A stretch of 64,000 nucleotides of DNA from Sphyrna mokarran (taxonomy: Eukaryota). Made by a program: the position numbers and the translations under genes. The stretch lies in NCBI GenBank assembly GCA_024679065.1, contig JAGIQG010000009.1, positions 69,688,001 to 69,752,000 of the forward strand, written 5' to 3'. Numbering within the stretch: position 1 is the first letter of the stretch; each line of letters opens with the position of its first letter. The notes beneath the pieces were generated by a model, which was not told the DNA's origin, did not search any database, and was given only the letters and a program-made list of their open reading frames with translations. Of this stretch, positions 53,878 through 63,053 are shown one piece after another.

Positions 53878-56800
53878 TATGGAAGGGGGGAGGGGCTGAG
53901 ACCGATAGCTCAGTCGAGAGAGAGATGGAAGATAGAGTAAGCTTGGATGAGAAGAAATACACCAGGGAGAAGGAGGTACCGAGTGGTCTTGGAGGTCTGG
54001 AGTGTGTCTGTTACAATGTGAGGAGCGTAACAGGAAAAACGTTTGAACTTAGGGTCTTAATGTTTGCGAGGAACTTGGATGTGGTTGCGGTGACGGAGAC
54101 GTGGTTAAAGGAAGGGGAGCAGTGGCAACTGAATATTCCTGGGTATAAGTGTTTCAAGTGTGACAGAGGAGGGTGCAGAAGAGGTGGGAGATTGGCGTTG
54201 TTAGTTAGGGAGAGCAACACGGCGGTGCAGAGGGAGGACAATACAGAGGAGTTAGGAGTGGAGTCGCTGTGGGTGGAATTGAGGAATAGAAAGGGGACGA
54301 TTACTATGCTAGGGGTGTATTATAGGCCACCCAACAGCCCTCGGGTAGTTAAGAAGGCATATGTAAACACATTTTGGATAGGTGCAGAAAGAACAGAGTT
54401 GTTATAGTGGGAGATTTTAATCTCCCTGGGGTGGATTGGAAGGTACCTAGAGCTGGGGGTTTGGATGGGCAGGAATTTGTAAAATGTGTACTGGAAGGAT
54501 CGTTGGAACAGTATGTGGCTAGCCCGACTAGAGAAGGGGCTATATTGGATTTAGTTCTGAGTAATGAGCCAGGGCAGGTGGTTGATGTTGTAGTAGGGGA
54601 ACATGTGGCTAACAGTGACCACAATTCTGTCTACTTTAGGATACAGATGGAAAAGGATGCTTGTTGCCCTAGGGGCAGGGTGCTGAATTGGGGGAAGGCT
54701 AACTACAGTTGGATTAGGCAGGAACTTATGGAAACTGATTGGGAACGGTTGTTCGAGGGTAAGTCCACGCTAGGCATGTGGGATTCTTTCAAGGGAATAC
54801 TGAAAATGTTGCAAGAAAGATATGTGCCGGCCAAGAGGAAAGATGGGAAAGGTAGGATTAGAGAGCCGTGGATTACTAGGGATATTGAGGACTTGGTTAG
54901 GAAGAAAAGAGAGGCGTATGATAGGTCAAAGCAACTGGGAACAGAGACAGCGTTGGAGGAATATAGAGAGAGTAGGAGGGAGCTCAAACGGGGAGTTAGA
55001 AGGGCAAAAAGGGGGCATGAAATGATTTTGGCAGATAGGATTAAGGAAAATCCAAAGGCTTTGTACTCCTATGTTAGGAATAACAGAGAGGTTAGAGGAA
55101 AAATTGGACCTCTTAGGGACAGAGGAGGGGAACTGTGCTTAGAGCCCGAGGGAATGGCAGAGATCCTGAATGAATACTTTGTGTCGGTATTCACGAAGGA
55201 GAGGGGCTTGTTGACAGTTCCTGTCTCTGAGGGAGCTGTGGACCAGTTGAGGGAAATATCCATACTGAGGGAGGAAGTGTTAGAGCTTCTACGTAGCATT
55301 AAAACTGATAAATCTCCGGGGCCTGATAGCATTTATCCCAGGCTGCTTAGGGAGGTGTGAGGTGAAATTGCTGGGCCTCTGACGCAAGTCTTTGTCTCTT
55401 CTTTGGACAGAGGTGAGGTCCCAGAGGACTGGAGAATAGCTAATGTTGTAGTTTTGTTTAAAAAGGGTAGTAGGAATAACCTTGATAGGTTGAGGGAGCT
55501 GGGACTCTTCTCCCTGAAGAGACGAAGGCTGAGAGGCAACCTGATAGACGTTTATAAAATGTTGAGAGGAATAGATAGAGTGGATTCTCAGAGGCTATTT
55601 CCCCGAGCTGAAATAGTCACTACGAGAGGACACAGATTTAAGGTGTAGGGAAGCAAGAACAGAGGAGATGTTAGGGGTAAGTTTTTCACTCAGAGGGTGG
55701 TGATTGAATGGAATCGGCTGCCGTCGGTGGTGGTAGAGGCAAACTCGCTGAGGTCTTTTAAAATACTTCTGGATGAGTACATGGGGTCTAATGGGATTGG
55801 GGGTTATAGATAGGTCTATGGCTTGGTAGGTATAGATGTGATCGGTGCAATTTATGGGCCGAAGGGCCTGTTTGTACTGTAGTGTTCTACGTTCTATGTT
55901 AACCCTGGAAATTATAAGCCGATGAGTTTGACTTCAGTGTAGGGAAGTTGTTGGAGGGGATTCTTAGAGATAAGATGTATAGGCACTTAGAGTTTTGCGA
56001 TCTGATTAGGGATACGCAGCATGGCTTTTTAAGGGGAGGTCGTGCCTTACGAATCTAGTAGAATTTTTTGAGGAGATGATGAAAACAGTCGACGAAGGGC
56101 GAGCCGTTGATGTCGTCTATATGGATTTCAGCGAGGCGTTTGACAAAGTCCCTCATGGGAGGTTAGTTGAGAAGGTCAAGGCTCATGGGATACAAGGACA
56201 GGTAGCTAGATGGATAAGTAATTGGCTTTGTAATAGGAGACAGAGAGTAATACTGGAAGGGTGTTTTTCTAGCTGGAGGTCGGTCACTACTGGTGTGCTG
56301 CAGGGCTTGGTACTGGGACCTCATCTATTTGTAATATATATAAATGACTTGGAAGAAGGAGTAAGTGGAGTGATCAGCAAGTTTGCAGATGATACAAAGA
56401 TGGCTGGACTTGCAGATAGTGAGGAGCATTGTCAGGCAATACAGCAGGACATAGATAGGCTGGTAGCTTGGGCAGATAGATGGCAGATGGAATTCAATCC
56501 TGATAAATGTGAGGTGATGCGTTTGGGGAGAAAGAATGTAGGGAGGAGGTATATGATAAAGGGTAAACCTATTAAGAGTATAGAAACGCAGAGGGACCTG
56601 GGGGTGCAGGTGAACAAGTCTCTGAAGGTGACAGAGCAGGTGGAGAAGGTTGTGAAGAAAGCAAATGGTATGCTAACCTTTATAGGAAGGGGTATAGAGT
56701 ACAAGAGCTGGTCTTTAATGTTGCAGTTGTATAAAATGTTGGTTAGAACTCATTTGGAATACTGCGTCCAGTTCTGGTCGCCTTACTACTGGAAGGACGT

Positions 56801-57708
56801 GGAGACTCTGGAGAGAGTGCAGAGGAGGTTTACCAGGATGCTGCCTGGTATGGAAGGTCTGAGTTACGAGGAGAGGTTAGGCAAATTGGGACTGTTTTCC
56901 TTAGAAAGACGTAGACTTAGAGGAGATCTAATAGAGGTGTACAAGATTATGAGGGGTATAGATAGAGTAAACAGGGTTAAGCTTTTTCCTAGGATGGACT
57001 CGAATAGCACGAGGGGTCACGGGCTTAGGGTGAGGGGGGTAAGGTATAATTTGGATGCTAGAGGGAGTTTTTTCACACAGAGGGTGGTGGGGTATGGAAT
57101 GCGCTGCCAAGTAAAGTGGTGGAGGCAGGCACTCTGGAGTTATTTAAGAAATACTTAGATGGGCACATGAACAGAATGGGAATGGAGGGGTATAGAAAAC
57201 GATTTAAAATAGGGATCATGAGCCTTGGGAGTCCCTGGGAAGTGTGTAAATAGATGATGACATTGATGTTTTTATCCTACAGATGCTTTGGTCCACCTTG
57301 TTGTCTAACAAGGGGCATACACACAATAGGTCGTGAGAGGGCTACTCTTGGATTTTTTTTCGAGAGTATCCTAGTGCTTCACGTTGTTAGTGTACGCTTG
57401 ACCTGGACCATTTGATGGGCAACATGACAGTTCAGTGACTATCGCTGTGCAGATACATGGATTTGGGCCTGTGTCTGTGGGAGTTTGCGCATTCTCCCCA
57501 TGCTTGTTCTGGTTTCCTCTCACATCCCAAAAATGTGCTCTTAGGCTAATTGGCAAAACAAATTCTCCCTAAATTGTCTCAAATTTGGTTTTTAATCTAT
57601 CTATAAACATAGACAGGGATCGGGGTAGAGGTGGGAACATCGGGGTGGCAGCACGGGCTCGTTGGGCCGAAGGGCCTGTTTCCCATGCTGTTTTGTTCTT
57701 TGTTCTTT
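53691..57708 (+). mobile_element. CR1-clade LINE, 5'-truncated within ORF1, with a near-complete but disrupted ORF2 (APE endonuclease + RT) and a long 3' UTR
   Basis: Endonuclease motifs (YNVRS, VTETWL, GVYYRPP, VGDFNLP, LDLVL, SDHN) and RT motifs (KSPGPD, DFSEAFDKVPH, KFADDTK). Frameshift near 54350-54400 and stop at 55358-55360. Tail (TGTTCTT)n. Candidate TSD AATAA at 53686-53690 and 57709-57713. Confidence 0.95.
55482..55899 (+). mobile_element. 3' fragment of a different CR1 subfamily, nested in ORF2 of the 53.7-57.7 kb element
   Basis: Interrupts the host motif KGSR(D/N)N|PGNY. Encodes LRELGLFSLKRRRLRGNLIDVYK. Ends in (GTTCTAT/C)n. Flanked by TAACC at 55477-55481 and 55900-55904. Confidence 0.92.
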
Positions 57709-60275
57709 AATAATAAATCAAATCATGGTGCAGGGCAGACTTGATGGACCAGGTTGTCTTTCCCTGTACTTTTTTGTAAGAATCCCACCTGGATTATATG
57801 TGGAAATAAATCTGAATATGTGTACATAAAATCACTCTGTAGTCTGTAATTTCTCTGATAGTGTGCTTTAGCAAGTCCAGTACTACTCATTACTTTATGA
57901 ATTACTCTTCCAAGTGATTGAGCAATAGCACCAAAAAGCTACAAACAGTCAGCACCACTAACCAATTTAAAACTAGCTTTAGCAATGATTTAACAGTAAT
58001 AAAATTCTTGTACATGGCGCGTGTCTCTTGGAAGCACAACACTAGCTGTCACACTTTAGCAAACCCTCTGACTCACCATGAGTGACAGCAGATTGGCTGC
58101 CGTATTTGAATAACAAAACCGAAAGACCCAGCAGGGAAACAATAGAGGAATTGAAATCTTCAAGCTCAAGATGAAACCCACTCAAACCTTTATTCTCATT
58201 ATTTCTCACAAACCCTTAACTTGCGCAATCCCTCGTAACTGGCAGTCAGCCAGCCATCCATAACATTTAAAAACATACTTATCATTCACTGAACCTTGTC
58301 GCGTACAATGTGGCATTTTGTCTTATCATTCCAGTTTTGAAATACTCAATGATGCAAGCAGTGGCAACACTGTGGTCTTATGATGATGACTTAATTAGGT
58401 TAAGGAAACCTGCCAGAAATGTACCAGCCCTCAATGCAAGGAACTGTAACCTAGCACAAAGTCTTATTGCCATGGAGTTCATTATCCATTCCCTTTGCTC
58501 ATAAACAAAAGCTGCCCCACCCTCACTCACAACTCACTAACACTTCCCCAGCAAATGGACAGAAGCAGAGGTGAAAGAAAAATACGTTTGCAAGATCTAC
58601 TGTAGAGTTTAACCAACAGAAGTCTGACATTTGGAATACACTTCATATTTGAGATGAATTGAAAAGACCACAAGTGCCACAAAAACAGGTTAATGAAGCT
58701 TAGCTGGGTCTCCAGGTTACAGGTAAACACTTAAAACATACATGCCGGATAATTTACATTTCCACCTTCAGGCCTAAGCCTATCACTTTAACTCTGTATT
58801 CGACAGCTTCATATTCAGCTCATAATAGATTCACAGGAATTTATTTATGATGACTCTCAGCTTTAATGCCACACTTGAGATTCAACACATTGAGTGATAT
58901 TTATGCAGCACAGCTGAAATGATTTATTTCTAGCTCGAAGCCTAGCTAGATTTTACTCCTGCAATAAAGCATATATTTGCATTAGTTTTGCTACCAATTT
59001 GTTTTTCTCATTTTGCATTTCAATGCTGAAACTAATTCTTCTTGCTATTGCTTACATTTGTGGATGCAAGTCTCCATTTAAAAATGACATGGCCATCGAT
59101 CACTTATTAAATTTCTCTCAACAGAGGTGAACCTAAAGGCTACCAACTCCGATTGCAAATGTTCCTGAAGGTTTCACCACACTATCTCCAATCATCACAC
59201 TCAGTGAAACAGCTTCTCACTCCCTTTAGTGTCCTTTATGCCTTGGATAGAAGAGGAGAAATCAGACTAAGTTGGGTATCTAAAAATGCATTCATTATCT
59301 CCTGATGTTTAATGTGAAGGCTCACAGATTGAATGAATAAAAGGTCACTTGGGCAACATACCGAGTATAACTGGCACTCATACAAGCTAAACTTAGTGAA
59401 AGGGGCTAAAATATTCAAAAGGAAAGAAGGGAAAAATGTCCATTCAAAAAATAAAATTCCAACGCACCAAAATAGGTAAACTGAAACTATCATGGAGACA
59501 TTTTATCCCAATGTAATCATGTGCAAATGAACATTATGTTATTATCATTTGGTGTTGTTAGTACTTAATAAATTTGCTATGATAATTGTCTCACCACTAG
59601 AGAGGTTCTGTCCCAGGGTCCCTATTACAGCACAGAAACAGGCCATTCAGCCCAAATCTTTTTTTATACTACTTATAATCTCCTCTGATACTATCTAATA
59701 TATCTTTGTATTGTTTTCCTCTTTTCTAGCTTCATTTTAAAAGCATCCAAGCTATTTGCATAAACAATTTCCTATGGAAGTAAGGCCTACATTCTAACCA
59801 CTAAGTAAAGACATTTCTAATCTCCCTTTTAAAATTATTAATAACTATCTGCTACTTATGGCCAATACAAAAATAAATGTCGCAAATGCTAGAAAACTGA
59901 AACAGAAAGATTCAAAACCTGAAATAATTTTAAAAGAAGGCGTGCTGATAGAAGGACCAGAATGCTCTTGCCATTCATGCCAGCAGGATTCTCCGGTCCT
60001 GCTAGCAGCACACTCCTGTCCACGGTTTCCCAGCGGCATGGGGGTGATGTCAAGGGGAATTTCCACTAATGGCATCAGGACCAGAGAATCCTGCCACTAA
60101 GAAACAATGCAACACCTCCCACTGGCAGGAAACACTTGGCGGGAGACTGGAGAATCCTGTCGAGGGTTTTGAGTTTCCGTTGTCTACTTTTATTCTAAAT
60201 TTGGAACATTGACTGGTTTTCCTTCTTACACGATCCCTGTATAAAAACACCTTTCTGTAAATAATCAGCACCCAT

Positions 60276-60292
60276 TTTAACTTCTTTTTCAG
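60276..60292 (+). promoter_or_regulatory. Probable splice acceptor of the APOBEC4 coding exon (exon starts at 60293)
   Basis: Polypyrimidine tract ttaacttctttttcAG|G, 75 nt upstream of the ATG. Mammalian APOBEC4 has a non-coding exon 1 followed by one coding exon. Confidence 0.7.
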
Positions 60293-60367
60293 GAATATAT
60301 TATTCTTAAAGGATTATGATGGTGCAATGAAATTATACTTTCCAAATGTGGAGATGAACCAGCCATC

Positions 60368-61495
60368 ATGACAGCTGTTTATGAAGAATATATTGCTCCT
60401 CAGGGCACACTGGTGAAACCTTACTACTGGCTATACTTCACTGAAAGCTGTCCAAAATGTCCATATCACATCAAAACAGGAGAAGAAGCACGTGTTTCCT
60501 ACATTGAATTTTATGAAAGCTTTGGGTTTCCCTATGCTCAACTACAGAGTGGCAGGCATCTGGTCTTCTATGAACTGAAGTTATCATCTGGTACTTTAGT
60601 GCAGAAAGGACAAGTAACTAATTGTACTTTATATCATCTTCATCCAGAATCTATCTTTTTTGATATAGATGGCTATCTAGATACACTTCTGTACTCCTAT
60701 GAAAATATTGCTTACATAACCATCTATTCCAATTACACCCCATGCAATGAAAGACCCCACTACTGTATAAACAAAATGTGTGATTTCTTGGTAAACTATC
60801 CCAGCACAAGGTTGGATATTTATTTCTCTGCCCTCTATCATACTGATGATCATTTTGCTGAATCTGGATGGAATAGAGAAGGTCTCCACAGCTTGGCTTC
60901 ACTTTGGCCAAGGGTTACCCTCAATCCCATTAGCAATGGAACATGGCTGACAATCCTTCATAGGTTTGTGAACGGTGTGCCTCGGACAACGCTTTACAAT
61001 CCAGTTCTGCCTGAGCGAGCTTTTGCCGACCTGAGCAATGCCCATCAGATAGCTGCCATCACTGGAGTTAATCCCTCTTACATAGATGTCGCACCCCGAG
61101 CAAAGAAACATCAAAAGCAACACTTTAAGCCAAGGGATATGGACTTATACCCTATTTCGCAAGCACCTCCGCCAATTGTGAATAGAATGGCGTTAATAGC
61201 TCCACCCCAACTGTACCAAACACTGAAAACTATCGATCTTCCAAACAAGTTGGCTTTGCCTTTGTACATGCACCCACTTCAACAACAGAACATGAAACCG
61301 AAGAACGTGGTGAGACATCTGAACATGCCCAACACATCCAATTGGGAACCACCAGCAACCCCATCACCACACAACATTCAATCAACTGAAACCATCGAAA
61401 TTTTAGAAGCTCCAGTGAAAAGAAGAGGAAGAGCAAACAATTCAAGGCAACAGAGGGAGACACGAAAAAGAGAGAAATCCACGAGAAGGAATTAG
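60368..61495 (+). CDS. APOBEC4: APOBEC4, putative zinc-dependent cytidine deaminase of the AID/APOBEC family; 375 aa, CDS in a single exon
   Basis: Uninterrupted ORF with HPE (HxE) and PCNERPHYC (PC-x6-C, the APOBEC4-type spacing). Blocks matching vertebrate APOBEC4 as I recall it: YEEY..GT.VKPYYWL, CxxCPYHIKTGEEARVS, FYELK.SSG.LVQKG, WNRE.L.SLASLWPRV, KPKNVVRHLNMP, and a basic C-terminus. Confidence 0.97.
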   Translation: MTAVYEEYIAPQGTLVKPYYWLYFTESCPKCPYHIKTGEEARVSYIEFYESFGFPYAQLQSGRHLVFYELKLSSGTLVQKGQVTNCTLYHLHPESIFFDIDGYLDTLLYSYENIAYITIYSNYTPCNERPHYCINKMCDFLVNYPSTRLDIYFSALYHTDDHFAESGWNREGLHSLASLWPRVTLNPISNGTWLTILHRFVNGVPRTTLYNPVLPERAFADLSNAHQIAAITGVNPSYIDVAPRAKKHQKQHFKPRDMDLYPISQAPPPIVNRMALIAPPQLYQTLKTIDLPNKLALPLYMHPLQQQNMKPKNVVRHLNMPNTSNWEPPATPSPHNIQSTETIEILEAPVKRRGRANNSRQQRETRKREKSTRRN

Positions 61496-61839
61496 CTGAC
61501 AAAACCAGCTGTTTCAAACTAGCAAAATCAAAACTAGATCCCTTTCAGATAGTAAGAAGGAAAACTAATTAGAATCATAGAATCCCTGTAATGCAAATGG
61601 AGGCCATCCGGCCTATCCAATCTGTACTGACTACACTCCCACCCAGGCCCTATTCCCCATTACTTGGCTCAAAAAATTCTACACCCACTGCTTTCTCAGA
61701 AACTTTGCACAAGAGGTACTATGGAAAATGCCATCAAATTCGTCAGCCCTATTGAACCAATGTTGTTAGTTTCAATTTTTAAATCCCAGTTTCTTCCCAT
61801 TTCTCACCACTTATACTACTGTCATTTCTCAAGTGTAAG

Positions 61840-62083
61840 CTTAGTTATTAATGTTACAAGTAGGCTTACAGTCACACTGCAATGAAATTACTGTGAAAAT
61901 ACCCTAGTCACCACCTGTTCAGGTACACTGAAGGTGAATTTAGCATGACCGATGTATCTAACCAGCATGTCTTTCAGACTGTGTGTGGGAGGAAACCCAC
62001 ACAGACACAGGCAGAATGTGCATCTCCATACAGACAGTGACCCATATCAGGAACTGAACCGCAGTCCCTGGCGCTGTGAGGCA
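61840..62083 (-). mobile_element. V-SINE family 2 (an HE1-like tail fragment also lies at about 61570-61665)
   Basis: acaagtaggcttacagtcacactgcaatgaaattactgtgaaaat..ccctggcgctgtgaggca. Confidence 0.8.
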
Positions 62084-62775
62084 CCAAAGTCTCCAAAGCA
62101 GCTCAATTCAATTTGTGTCTATGGTCTCCTGAAACTGCAGGTGTATTCCACATTCTGAAATCCCAAACACAGAAGCTTTTCCTGGGGCCACTTTTGATGA
62201 ACTTTGCTTAATTCCAAGAGACTCGGCACTTATTCGGATTCTCGCACTAAAATCACTCCTTAACCTCTAGAAAAACATCCCAAACTTATCATAAATTCAT
62301 TGGTTTTGTACGCTGGTGAATTGTTACAATCCAGTATCATTTTCCTGAATTGAAGCTTCCAAAATTAAATGCAATATGCCAGGTCACTGAATTGCTATGT
62401 AAAATTGCAGTAATGCCTTCTTACTCTTACATTATTTACTTGTCTTGGAGTCAATCTCATTTGTCTTTTTGATGAATTGTGCACTCAATCTGCCAACTCA
62501 GCACTCCCTCATCTGTCATCCTCACTATACAAAGGTTCGTTGACCTCAGGTGGGATTGTCTGGTTTTGAGATGAATGCGACTGGAAAATCCTGCCCATAA
62601 TGTGTACCACCTCACACTATGCTAAACTGCCTCTCACATCATTGTGTACATTGTGTTTAACTGTTCATTGTTTTTCTGCCATTTTTAATCTCCTTCACAA
62701 TTCATTATAGCCAGTAGTCAAATATCATGACCTTTGAGGGGCATCATATACCTTTCAGGAAGACTCTTTTGAATT

Positions 62776-63053
62776 AGTTAGTGGTTAGCACTGCTACCTC
62801 ATAGCGCCTAGGTCCTGGGTTCAATTCCCAGCTTGGGTCCCTATTTATGCTTAGTGTGTATGCTCTCCCCTTTTCTGCATGGGTTTCCTCCAAGTGTTCC
62901 AGCTTTCTCCCACAGTCCAAAAGGCATACTGGTTATATGCAATGGCTATACTAATTTCTCCCTCAGTGTACCTGAACAGGCGACGGAGTGTGGTGACTGG
63001 GGATTTCATTGTGACGTTAATGTAAACCTATTTCTGACAATAATAAATAAACT
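62776..63053 (+). mobile_element. V-SINE family 2
   Basis: agtggttagcactgctacctc..gggttcaattcccagcttggg..tgacaataataaataaac. Confidence 0.8.

Noticed and set aside
56076-57158. Functional or domesticated reverse transcriptase gene (also 6975-7952)
   Set aside because: Fragments of disrupted CR1 ORF2s, with frameshifts, a stop and a nested insertion; no sign of domestication.
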